DNA from: an uncultured Candidatus Saccharibacteria bacterium
GTDB taxonomy: Bacteria > Patescibacteriota > Dojkabacteria > J137
Direction: 5' to 3'
DNA length: 64,000 nt
Assembly (NCBI GenBank): GCA_964414295.1
Contig: CAYPVU010000020.1
Location: 43,289 to 107,288 of the forward strand
Below, piece after piece: positions 48,257 through 57,750 of the stretch. Below the pieces are notes generated by a model that ran no database searches, was not told where the DNA came from, and worked only from the letters and a program-made list of their open reading frames with translations. Numbering within the stretch: the first letter of the stretch is position 1; each line of letters starts with the position of its first letter. The position numbers and the translations under genes were made by a program.

Positions 48257-49252
48257 TTAATTAGTGTAAGCTCTATAGGTGACCTTGTGAGCATAATTGC
48301 CTACTTGTGTTGTAGAACTAATTGCAGCTGCATGAGTTATTGTTAAATGCTGCGCAGTAGTTAATAAATCACTTGTTTGTGTAGAAGATGCAATTGATAC
48401 CTCTGTTGTTGGAACAGCTTTATAAGCATCATCGTAGTTGTTTAAAGCAGCAAACCTAGAACCTGGTGTGGAGATATAAAAGCCATACGATTCTACCCCT
48501 GCACTAATAGTTCCAGAAGTATTTGTAAAATTTACTGCACCATTTCTAAGTGCTCCATCGGAATTAATGCTTAGACTTGCTCCATTTTGATTATTTGTTC
48601 CAATTCCAATGTCGTATAGACATGTTTTAACAGCATTAATAGTAAGTACGCCTAATCCGCAAGAATTTGGATTAGATAATTTAGTATTAGTTCCCGCCTG
48701 ATATATTTCTAAAGAAAGGTTAGGCGGAACGTAAGCAGTAATTTGTACTTCGTTTTCTTTTACATCTTCAGAAGAAATATAAGCTAGACCAGCACCACTA
48801 TCAACTGTTGTACCTAATCCTCCTATATCTACTGCTGCAGAAAAAGAGTAATTTCCTTCTGCTGAAGGTGTTGTTAGTTGGTTTGACGATCCAATAATTA
48901 CAGTTACGGCCGATGTAAATGAACTTGAAACATTTAATGTACATACAAAATATCCATTTACAAACCCTGAACAATTTTTCCCGGTTATATTACCACCACT
49001 TATTGCAATGTCTGTATTTGTAAGTGCTGCTCCCCCTGTAAATAGAGTATCGTAAGAAATACTTAGAATGGTTCCATTTGTTATTGCTGAAGCAGGGGTA
49101 AATGTTAATGTTATATTTGTTGCAGTTGATTCATTCTGGGATGCCGGTGTAACAGTAAAATTTGTTAGACTTGCAGCGTTTAATTTAGAAAAAAAGAAAA
49201 CAGATACTGAAACTAAGAATATAGTAGAAATAAAGAATTTTACTCTTTTCAT
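48257..49252 (-). CDS. Secreted surface subunit with WxL-like C-terminal domain
   Basis: Signal peptide, two Cys pairs, GTNNQNG, ESYGF, terminal YAHKVTYRA. Confidence 0.65.
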   Translation of the reverse strand: MKRVKFFISTIFLVSVSVFFFSKLNAASLTNFTVTPASQNESTATNITLTFTPASAITNGTILSISYDTLFTGGAALTNTDIAISGGNITGKNCSGFVNGYFVCTLNVSSSFTSAVTVIIGSSNQLTTPSAEGNYSFSAAVDIGGLGTTVDSGAGLAYISSEDVKENEVQITAYVPPNLSLEIYQAGTNTKLSNPNSCGLGVLTINAVKTCLYDIGIGTNNQNGASLSINSDGALRNGAVNFTNTSGTISAGVESYGFYISTPGSRFAALNNYDDAYKAVPTTEVSIASSTQTSDLLTTAQHLTITHAAAISSTTQVGNYAHKVTYRAYTN

Positions 49253-49282
49253 TGATAGGTATTACTTAATGAATCTATTAAT

Positions 49283-49311
49283 AGTTAAACATTATTTGCA
49301 AATGGTGTCAA
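49283..49311 (-). promoter_or_regulatory. Sigma70 promoter of subunit gene 48257-49252
   Basis: TTGACA-17 nt-TTAACT; shares AATTGACACC with the 47204-47232 promoter. Confidence 0.55.
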
Positions 49312-49315
49312 TTTA

Positions 49316-50728
49316 TTAATTCAACCATTTTACATTTATACCTATAAGTTTATTATCGTAAACTTTGTTGGTAATAGTATCAAATACTATTATAGATCCT
49401 GAATATGGTTTATTCTGAAAGCCGTAATTTCTAATTTTAGAATAATCTTTCAAATTAATTTCTGTGTACTGCTCCATTGCAATGTATCTATCATCTGCAC
49501 TAATAGTGGGTAATTCTAAACTAAAGTTTTCGGATTTAATTATATCGATTTTATTTCCTTCAAGATCTGTTTGTACTATTTTATATATACCTTTTGTTGT
49601 AGGTAATTCTTTCCAAAATTCCGCATATAAAATCTCATTAGTTCTATTTTTAAATTGAGGATCAAGTGCTGGAGTATCTCCATTAGTAATTTGCTTAGTG
49701 TTTCGATTTGAATCAAAAACAGTTATAAATTGTGCAGTTGTATATGTATTTAACGGGTCAAAATTTATAAGTGCTAATAATGTATTATCGTAGTTAAAGT
49801 TCCCGTTAGATAAAAATCTTCCTATGCCTACATACTCTTCTTGCTGATCTGTTTCTGCTAGATTAAAAAAGGAATCACCGGTTTTATATAGAAGTGAGCT
49901 TCCATCTCTAGAATATTCAATAAAAGCAACATCTTTTGCAGTATCTTGAGGATTAAACTCTTTTTCTTCTTGAGTATCGATATTATAGACATAAACTTTT
50001 GCGTCTGACCTTGGCAAGTAGTAAGTAGGGTAAATCTCAATCTCTTGTTTTATATATGCAAATTCATTCTTATATTTAGATGGCGAAAAAGAAAAGGAAT
50101 TAATTCTAATGTTAGGCAAATTAAAGTCTTTCACTTCGCCTGTATTTCTATTAAGTATTTCGATATTATTCTTATACTTGTCTTCAGTAACTACAACTAA
50201 GTAATTTGAATTTATTCCATAAAATATAATATTTTCTCTTTGTAATAATTGTTGTCTGCCAGTTTGATCTGCATTATAAATTGCAATTGTATCTAGATTA
50301 GAACCAGGAGTTTTTTCAACAACCGCAAACTTAGGAATTTCTGTTGTGAACTCATAATTAAAGTCCTCAGTTAATGTATCTCCATAAATATCAATAATAT
50401 CCTTTTTTATTATAAGTGTGTATTTAGTTTGGGAATCTAGAGATGTATCAGGAATAATAACAAGTGTATTTCCGCTCCATAAAGATCTAAATTTAATTTC
50501 AGGTTCAATAATTATATTGTTTTCTATGGTTTCCTTTTTTATCGGCCTATTAAAGTCTATTCTAATCTGTTGGTTACTAATGTTTGCATTATCTTTATCC
50601 CCGTTTAAATTTACTGCAACAACCTTTGTATGTATAAATGTATTTAAAAATATAAACATAAGTATTAATGCAAAAATACTTACAAAAGAAGATATTAATA
50701 ATGTATTAAATTTAATTTTTCTTTTCAT
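49316..50728 (-). CDS. Membrane-anchored Ig-like (Big_5) + TolB-like beta-propeller protein
   Basis: TM, IRIDFNRPI...TKYTLII...DIYG...EFTT, then FSFSP / YSRDG / ISADD blades. Confidence 0.7.
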   Translation of the reverse strand: MKRKIKFNTLLISSFVSIFALILMFIFLNTFIHTKVVAVNLNGDKDNANISNQQIRIDFNRPIKKETIENNIIIEPEIKFRSLWSGNTLVIIPDTSLDSQTKYTLIIKKDIIDIYGDTLTEDFNYEFTTEIPKFAVVEKTPGSNLDTIAIYNADQTGRQQLLQRENIIFYGINSNYLVVVTEDKYKNNIEILNRNTGEVKDFNLPNIRINSFSFSPSKYKNEFAYIKQEIEIYPTYYLPRSDAKVYVYNIDTQEEKEFNPQDTAKDVAFIEYSRDGSSLLYKTGDSFFNLAETDQQEEYVGIGRFLSNGNFNYDNTLLALINFDPLNTYTTAQFITVFDSNRNTKQITNGDTPALDPQFKNRTNEILYAEFWKELPTTKGIYKIVQTDLEGNKIDIIKSENFSLELPTISADDRYIAMEQYTEINLKDYSKIRNYGFQNKPYSGSIIVFDTITNKVYDNKLIGINVKWLN

Positions 50729-51573
50729 TAAAATATATATGGATTTTCTGGTTGATCAATTTTAATTATATTAATCGGTTCAATAAATAACTGATTATCA
50801 GAATTAATGTTGAATTTTCCTTCAACTTCAATCCATTCATCTTGTTTATATTTATACCCCTCGTTTAAGCTTAATCTAAGTCCTACAGGTCTTGCATCAA
50901 CAGCACAACAAGTAACAATAAATCTAGCAATTAATACCTCGTTCTCTAATAAACTAATGTTTTCAGGTTTATAAATAAATCCACTAATTTTTACATCTTT
51001 ATCCTTATAGAATAAAGGATCCGGATTGTAGTTTATTAGTGCTATCCAATCTCCTAAACTATAGTTAGAGGTAGATTTATTAAAATTATTAAGCGTTGTA
51101 TTTGTAGCTTGAGTAAGATTTATAGAGTTAAGATCAATTGATCTTTGAGAAGCGGTTACAGAACTTAGACTTTTTGCAGGTAAAGTTACTCCTATAAGAA
51201 TAATTCCTACAACAAGTGAATTACCTAATAAATCGTTCTTTAAAAATTGAGAAAGATTTTTATTAGGAGTAATAATTAAAAACGCAGCAATAATTATAAA
51301 CAGACTACTGAAAATAAAGGAAAGAAATACTAATAAAACAATAATTAATATTCTTGAATTTATAACTTCTCTTAACTCTTTTAAGTTACTTTTATGTTTA
51401 TAAAAAAAGTAAACTAAAGATATAAGTCCAATTAAAATAGCAACTATACTTGCTAGTAGGGATTCTTCAAAGAATCTTGGATGTATGTATAAAGATAGTT
51501 CTTTATTTAAATATAAAGATAATCCGTAAAATCCCATTATTGTTAATATTATTGAACTTATAATCTGTTTCAT
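50728..51573 (-). CDS. TIGR03943/YcgQ-family membrane protein
   Basis: LYIHPRF, RFIVTCCAVDARPVG, DEWIEVEG, PENPY. Confidence 0.85.
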   Translation of the reverse strand: MKQIISSIILTIMGFYGLSLYLNKELSLYIHPRFFEESLLASIVAILIGLISLVYFFYKHKSNLKELREVINSRILIIVLLVFLSFIFSSLFIIIAAFLIITPNKNLSQFLKNDLLGNSLVVGIILIGVTLPAKSLSSVTASQRSIDLNSINLTQATNTTLNNFNKSTSNYSLGDWIALINYNPDPLFYKDKDVKISGFIYKPENISLLENEVLIARFIVTCCAVDARPVGLRLSLNEGYKYKQDEWIEVEGKFNINSDNQLFIEPINIIKIDQPENPYIF

Positions 51574-52655
51574 TTTATAAAGTTAACTATCAGTGCTGTT
51601 AAAAGACTTAGCATAAACACTAAACTACTTATAATTAAAAGCAATTTAGGTTTATATGTTGTTCTTAACATTGTTAATATTTTAATATCAATCATTGGAC
51701 CAAATACTAAGAATCCTATAATTGACCCTATTGTAAAACTATTTGCATAAGATAATGCAAAGAAAGCATCAACATTTGAACAAATTGAAATAATAAATGC
51801 CAACAATAACATTGCTAAAATTGATAGAATTGGATTCTGCCCAATTGCAATTATAATGTCTCTCGGAACAAATGTTTGGGAAGCAGCAGCAAGCATTGCA
51901 CCAATAATAAGGACTTTAAAGATTTCTATAAATTCTCTTTGAAATGTATTAAGTGCTTCTATAAATCTATTTTTATTATGTTTATGAACTTGAGTATCAC
52001 AGATTTCTTGATAGAAATCTAAGTTTAAAAACTCATTCTGAGGTTTTTTAAAACTTAATAATATTCCTACAAAGTTTGCAATTATAAATGCAGCTACTAA
52101 TCTAATTACAACAACACTTTTATCGTAATTAAAAGCTTCTAATGTAGTTAAAAAGGTTACTGGATTTAATATAGGAGCAGCTAATAAAAATGTTATTGAC
52201 TGTGATACGCTAAATCCACCTAAAAGTAATCTTCTTGCTACCGGGATGTTACCGCATTCGCACACTGGTAAGAAAACCCCCAATACCGAGACCTTTACAT
52301 GTGAGTATATTCTATTAGTCTTAAACTTATTATCAATACTTGAAGCTGATTCATACAAATAATGTAAAGGGAATAGTATTTTTTTATGTTTATAAACAAA
52401 TGTTTTTAAGAATTCAAAAACCCCAACTCCAATTAGAGTTGAAATTGAGACTCCTAAAATAATAAAAGGAAAAGCTTCTACAACAATACTTAAAACTAAT
52501 GTAATAAAGTCCTGAACTCTTAACGATAGCAATTGTCCAGATTCTGAATATTGAAAAAAACTATATCCACCATTAAGTTGATATAAAAAGATTCCAGCGA
52601 GTATAGCCAGCAAAAAAAGTTTATTGATATTTGTGCTAGAAAATAAGTTCTTCAT
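51570..52655 (-). CDS. Permease, DUF318/YcgR family
   Basis: EAFPF, PVCECGNIPVAR, APILNP, SICSNVDAF, GPMIDIK. Confidence 0.88.
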   Translation of the reverse strand: MKNLFSSTNINKLFLLAILAGIFLYQLNGGYSFFQYSESGQLLSLRVQDFITLVLSIVVEAFPFIILGVSISTLIGVGVFEFLKTFVYKHKKILFPLHYLYESASSIDNKFKTNRIYSHVKVSVLGVFLPVCECGNIPVARRLLLGGFSVSQSITFLLAAPILNPVTFLTTLEAFNYDKSVVVIRLVAAFIIANFVGILLSFKKPQNEFLNLDFYQEICDTQVHKHNKNRFIEALNTFQREFIEIFKVLIIGAMLAAASQTFVPRDIIIAIGQNPILSILAMLLLAFIISICSNVDAFFALSYANSFTIGSIIGFLVFGPMIDIKILTMLRTTYKPKLLLIISSLVFMLSLLTALIVNFIK

Positions 52656-52724
52656 TTATTTATATTTTATCATCAAAAATTTGAAGTTTTTTAGATATTG
52701 CACTTTTAATATATAATATGTTCT

Positions 52725-52934
52725 ATGACATTTATTAATACAAACGACATAATGTTTCTTTTATACTTAACAATCTGCTGCATTTGTACTGTTCTATTTG
52801 TAGTCTTGGTAGCTGCAGTGTATATTCTATCTTCTGCAAGAGTACGAGCAGCTCTAGTAACTTTAAGTTTAATAAAAACTATAGTAGATCTTTTTAAGGA
52901 TATTTTTTTTTGCAGCAAAAACTGTAAGAAATAA
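52725..52934 (+). CDS. Small hypothetical membrane protein
   Basis: 69-aa ORF with one strong hydrophobic helix, filling the intergenic gap. Confidence 0.35.
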   Translation: MTFINTNDIMFLLYLTICCICTVLFVVLVAAVYILSSARVRAALVTLSLIKTIVDLFKDIFFCSKNCKK

Positions 52935-53029
52935 AACTAAATCTTCTAAAACCACTAAAAAGAATAGCAGCTTTATAGATGCAGAATTTAGAGACAAGGA
53001 TTAATTAAGTTTGATGTATAATTCTGCTT

Positions 53030-55537
53030 ATGACCCCAATGCAGGAACAGTATCAAAAAATTAAATCAGAGTATCAAGATTTTATTATCCTTTTTAGGCT
53101 TGGTGATTTTTACGAAACATTTAATGAAGATGCAATACAAATTTCTAAAGTCTTAGGTATTACATTAACAAGTAGAGGTAAAGATGCAAACAAAACACCA
53201 TTAGCAGGAATACCTTACCATGCACTTGCCAACTATATGCCTAAAATGGTTGAAGCTGGTTTAAAAGTAGTGATTGCAGAACAAATGGAAGAGGCAGTGC
53301 CAGGTAAATTAGTAGAAAGAAAAGTAACAAAGGTTATAACCCCAGGAACTGTAATGGATGAAAATTCCTTAGATTCAACTAAAAATAATTACATTGCTTG
53401 TTTTAATCGATATACATTAAATAAGGCTACAGAGTATTTATTAGCATATAGTGATTTAACAACAGGATTGCTTCAAGTCTTTTCATCTAAATCTTTAAAT
53501 CAATTTAAGCTTGAATTAAACAAAGTGAATCCATCAGAAATTTTGGTTAGTTCTAAGGATTATGACTTTTTAAAAGAGATCTCATCTAAATCTATTGAAA
53601 AGGTAGAAGATAATAAATTTGAAATAAACTATGCCCTTGAATGCTTATTAAGCCAATTAGGTGTTCTTTCATTAAAAGGTTACGGACTAGAGGATAATGA
53701 CCCTTTAGTAATAGTAGCAGGTGTTTTAATTAACTATTTAAAGGAATGCCAAAAGGGAGAGCTTAAGCATTTAAAATCTATAAAAAAATACTCTTATTCT
53801 GACTACATGCAGTTAGATACAGAAACAATAAGAAATCTTGAATTAATCTATTCTACAAGTGGAAATGATTCTAATACCCTATATACAGTACTTAATAGAT
53901 GTTCAACTTCAATGGGGAAAAGAAATTTAAGAAAGTGGCTTATTTATCCATTAATTAATAGAGACAAATTAATAGATAGATTAGAAAGTGTTGAAGCATT
54001 TTACTCTAACCCCATACTATCCTCGGATCTAAGTAATACTTTAAACAACATTTCTGATATAGAAAGGATTTCAGGACGAATCGGAGTGGGCAGTGCATTA
54101 CCAAGAGATTTAATAGCACTTAAACAAAGTTTAATAAGTATTAAGCAAATAGCTGAAATATTAAATAATAATTCATTATCTAATAGATTAAAGATTCTTG
54201 TAGATAAACTTACTAGTGCAGATTCCGAATTAAACCCAATTATAAACAAAATAATAGAAACAATAGATGATTCAATAGATAATGAGCCTCCTGCTACATT
54301 AAGTGATGTTGGGATTATAAAAACTGGTTTTAATTCAGAAATAGATGAAATTAGATCATTAAGACAAAATTCCAAACAAGTATTATCAAAAATGCAAACT
54401 GATGAAGCTAGCAGTACAGGAATAACTTCTTTAAAAATTTCCTTTAATCAGGTATTTGGTTACTATATAGAGATAACAAAAACACATTTAAACAAAGTCC
54501 CAAGTCATTATATTCGAAAACAAACATTAGCAAATGCAGAAAGATTTATTACACCCGAGTTAAAGGAATTAGAAGAAAAGATTCTATCTTCCGAAGAAAA
54601 GTTAATTAAATTAGAACAAGCCGTATTCTTAGAAATTAGAAATAAGATAGCTGAATGTTTAGCAGAAATATTAGAGGTAGCAGAAATTATTGCTGAAATA
54701 GATTGCTATATAAGTTTTGCCAAGGTAGCTAAAGAAAATCGATACATAAAACCTATTTTAATTGAAGAAGATAAGCTGGAAATTAATAATTCTAGACATC
54801 CAGTAATCGAAAGAATTGTAAATGAATTTACCTCTAACTCGGCAAGTTTTAGTAAGGATAATCGTATACATATTCTTACTGGACCTAATATGTCTGGTAA
54901 ATCTACATATATTAGGCAAATAGCTTTAATTACTTTAATGGCACAAATAGGAAGTTTTGTACCTGCAGATTCAATGAGCTGGAATATTGTAGATAGAATT
55001 TTTACTAGAGTTGGGGCAACTGACAATTTAAGCAAAGGTGAATCAACTTTTATGGTAGAAATGAATGAAACTGCAAATATTCTTAATAATGCTACTTCTA
55101 ATAGTTTAATAATATTAGATGAAGTTGGAAGAGGAACAAGTACTTATGATGGAGTTGCTATTGCATGGTCAATTATTGAGTATATCTTTGAAAATTTAAA
55201 ATCAAAAACATTATTTGCAACACATTATCATGAGCTTATAAATCTTGAATCTCAATATAAAGGTATATGTAACTATAATGTAGAAGTATTAGAGGTAAAT
55301 GGAGAGATTATGTTTAAACATAAAATTGTAAAGGGAGGTACTAATAGAAGTTATGGTGTACATGTTGCTAAGTTAGCAGGAATACCTAACGAGGTGTTAG
55401 AAAAAGCAGATAAAATACTTAAGGCTTTTGAAAACGAAAGTTCAGTAGAAAAAACAGTAAATAAAAGTAATAACAAGTCCAAAAGCAAAATAGCAAAACC
55501 AAAAGCTATACACCCAGAACAGCTAGGTTTAATTTAG
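53030..55537 (+). CDS. mutS: DNA mismatch repair protein MutS
   Basis: TPMQEQY, FRLGDFYE, GPNMSGKSTY, STFMVEM, DEVGRGTST, FATHYHEL. Confidence 0.97.
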   Translation: MTPMQEQYQKIKSEYQDFIILFRLGDFYETFNEDAIQISKVLGITLTSRGKDANKTPLAGIPYHALANYMPKMVEAGLKVVIAEQMEEAVPGKLVERKVTKVITPGTVMDENSLDSTKNNYIACFNRYTLNKATEYLLAYSDLTTGLLQVFSSKSLNQFKLELNKVNPSEILVSSKDYDFLKEISSKSIEKVEDNKFEINYALECLLSQLGVLSLKGYGLEDNDPLVIVAGVLINYLKECQKGELKHLKSIKKYSYSDYMQLDTETIRNLELIYSTSGNDSNTLYTVLNRCSTSMGKRNLRKWLIYPLINRDKLIDRLESVEAFYSNPILSSDLSNTLNNISDIERISGRIGVGSALPRDLIALKQSLISIKQIAEILNNNSLSNRLKILVDKLTSADSELNPIINKIIETIDDSIDNEPPATLSDVGIIKTGFNSEIDEIRSLRQNSKQVLSKMQTDEASSTGITSLKISFNQVFGYYIEITKTHLNKVPSHYIRKQTLANAERFITPELKELEEKILSSEEKLIKLEQAVFLEIRNKIAECLAEILEVAEIIAEIDCYISFAKVAKENRYIKPILIEEDKLEINNSRHPVIERIVNEFTSNSASFSKDNRIHILTGPNMSGKSTYIRQIALITLMAQIGSFVPADSMSWNIVDRIFTRVGATDNLSKGESTFMVEMNETANILNNATSNSLIILDEVGRGTSTYDGVAIAWSIIEYIFENLKSKTLFATHYHELINLESQYKGICNYNVEVLEVNGEIMFKHKIVKGGTNRSYGVHVAKLAGIPNEVLEKADKILKAFENESSVEKTVNKSNNKSKSKIAKPKAIHPEQLGLI

Positions 55538-55956
55538 CCTTCTAAAGAAGCTTCCTGTTTTAAGGTTAATACTATTGGATCTTCTTCGTGTTCTGCGTTA
55601 TAAACTTCTATAATCCCCTGTCCTCTGTAGGCTGCTCTTCTAAATGAGTTTATAGCTCTTGTTATTAACCCTCCTGTAGTGTGTGGATCTTTGTTAATTA
55701 TTAAGGATAATCTTTCTAATTCTTGTTGTCTTTGTAATTCAGCTTCCTCATCCTGTCTTACATATTTACCATTAATCTTTAACCATATATTTCTAGGATC
55801 AACTACAAATTCATGTACTTTTGCTGCAAAGGCAGCATCAGCTTCAATAGTATCTTCACCAGTATCTCCTAAAATAACTTTTAATATATTAAGAGAATCT
55901 GCGCCTATATTATTTACTTTCTTAAGAATTCTTTTATCTAAACCTTGTGTCGTCAT
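55534..55956 (-). CDS. Hypothetical protein
   Basis: 140-aa ORF with no recognisable motif. Confidence 0.55.
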   Translation of the reverse strand: MTTQGLDKRILKKVNNIGADSLNILKVILGDTGEDTIEADAAFAAKVHEFVVDPRNIWLKINGKYVRQDEEAELQRQQELERLSLIINKDPHTTGGLITRAINSFRRAAYRGQGIIEVYNAEHEEDPIVLTLKQEASLEG

Positions 55957-56011
55957 AAATTTATATAATAATTAACTTATAATAACATTAGCATTTTGTA
56001 CCATACAACCT

Positions 56012-56038
56012 TTAGCAGTATCTCCACAAGATTGCCAG
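56012..56038 (+). promoter_or_regulatory. Degenerate CIRCE element upstream of hrcA
   Basis: TTAGCAGTA-N9-GATTGCCAG versus consensus TTAGCACTC-N9-GAGTGCTAA. Confidence 0.65.
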
Positions 56039-56076
56039 CTTTATGGTAAACTTCTTATGCTTTTAAAGTACAAAAA

Positions 56077-56805
56077 ATGGAACTTACAGAAAGACAGCAA
56101 AAATTATTACTCAGTATAATTAAGGAATTTATAAAAACAGCAGAAGCTGTAGGTTCAATTAGTCTTCAAAGCAAGTACAATCTAGATTTAAGCCCTGCAA
56201 CAATTAGAAACGAAATGTCTGTTCTTGTAGAAAGTGGATTTTTATTTCAAAAACATAATAGCGGCGGAAGAATTCCTACAACAAAGGGTTGGCGTTTTTT
56301 TATTGAATCATTAGGTGAGGATGAACTTAATCAAATTGATGAAATAACAAAAGAAAAAATTAAAGATGAACTTTATGGTTTAAGACCTAATAGCAAAGAA
56401 TTAATTAGAAAAGCAATTTTTGAACTATCAAGATTGTCTTTAAATCCTGCAGTTGCAATTATTGAAAATGAATTCTACTATGCTGGGTTAAGTGAAATGA
56501 TTAATATTCCTGAATTTCAAGAACACGATAATTTAAGAAGGATTTTAAGATTAATGGAAGATTATTACTCTTTATCAGAAATTCTTAATAAAGGTACTAG
56601 CGATGATGACATTAACATAATTATTGGTGAAGAAGCAGAGAATTCATTATTTAAGGACTATGCAGTAATATTTTCAGAAATTAGAGTAATGAAGTCACAA
56701 AGGGGTTACATTGCAGTAATTGGCCCAAATAGAATGGATTATTTGCAAATTATCCCTTCGGTAAAATATATTACAGATACAATTAGATATTTATTAAGTA
56801 ATTAA
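56077..56805 (+). CDS. hrcA: Heat-inducible transcription repressor HrcA (short form)
   Basis: LTERQ, SPATIRNEM, SGGRIPT.KG.R, IGPNRMDY. Confidence 0.93.
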   Translation: MELTERQQKLLLSIIKEFIKTAEAVGSISLQSKYNLDLSPATIRNEMSVLVESGFLFQKHNSGGRIPTTKGWRFFIESLGEDELNQIDEITKEKIKDELYGLRPNSKELIRKAIFELSRLSLNPAVAIIENEFYYAGLSEMINIPEFQEHDNLRRILRLMEDYYSLSEILNKGTSDDDINIIIGEEAENSLFKDYAVIFSEIRVMKSQRGYIAVIGPNRMDYLQIIPSVKYITDTIRYLLSN

Positions 56806-56808
56806 TAT

Positions 56809-57750
56809 ATGGCAAGTTTACTTTCAGAATTAGATTCTGTACTAAAGCAAAGTTTGGAGTTAAAAAATAAGTATTTTGATGGCTATAAAATGGATTTAGA
56901 TCATGTAACTTTATTTACTTACGATCAGGAATCTTACGATCAATTAAACGAAAAAGCTCGTGCCTTAGGCGAATTAGAAAAAGAAGACGATAGAGGAAGC
57001 TTTTATAAATTAAATAATCCTTTTAAAGTTGAGGGTTACGATTTGACACATTTTAAAGTAGCAAAACCAAATGTACATAACCATAGTCAACATAAATGCG
57101 GCGTTTACTATAAGGTTGAAGATTATGATGACTTTAAGAAAAACTTTAACTCAATAACAGATGAAAAAGTTGTAAAACAGCAGCTACCAAATAAATCAGA
57201 AATCTTAAAAATAGATACAGATGTTGTACTATATGTAATCCCTGCAAATCAACCTGAAGTGGAAGATATTGAAGCAGCATTAGAAAGAACAGCAGAAGAA
57301 AAAGATATAGAAAGACTAAAAGCTCAACTATCAGAAGAGCAAATGAAAAGAATTCAAGTAATGGCTGATTTTCAAAATTACCAAAAAAGAATTGAGCAAG
57401 AAAAAAAGACATGGGGTGCTGTATCTAATATGGGATTAGTAAGAGAAATGTTAGAAGTTTATGATGATCTCCATTTAGCTTTAAATGATGAAAATCTTAA
57501 TTTAGATCATGCAAAGGTTTCAATAAAATCTGCCCAAGATAAATTAATTACTGCCGTATCTACAGTAGGTATAGAAGTAATTGATATAAATATAGGTGAA
57601 GAATTTGATAAAGAAAAAATGGAAGCAGTATCTACAATTTCAGCAGGAGAAGAGCAAAAGAATAAAGTAATTGCTGTAATATCTTCAGCTTACAAATATA
57701 AAGATAGAGAATTTATCTTAAAACCAGCCAAGGTTGTAGTAGGAAAATGA
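56809..57750 (+). CDS. grpE: Nucleotide exchange factor GrpE with extra N-terminal YecM/VOC-like domain
   Basis: ADFQNYQKR, FDKEKMEAV, LKPAKVVV; about 150 aa globular N-terminal addition. Confidence 0.88.
   Translation: MASLLSELDSVLKQSLELKNKYFDGYKMDLDHVTLFTYDQESYDQLNEKARALGELEKEDDRGSFYKLNNPFKVEGYDLTHFKVAKPNVHNHSQHKCGVYYKVEDYDDFKKNFNSITDEKVVKQQLPNKSEILKIDTDVVLYVIPANQPEVEDIEAALERTAEEKDIERLKAQLSEEQMKRIQVMADFQNYQKRIEQEKKTWGAVSNMGLVREMLEVYDDLHLALNDENLNLDHAKVSIKSAQDKLITAVSTVGIEVIDINIGEEFDKEKMEAVSTISAGEEQKNKVIAVISSAYKYKDREFILKPAKVVVGK

Noticed and set aside
43928-49252. Diversity-generating retroelement acting on the subunit paralogs
   Set aside because: No RT gene and no near-identical repeat pair differing only at adenines; the paralogs diverge at all base types
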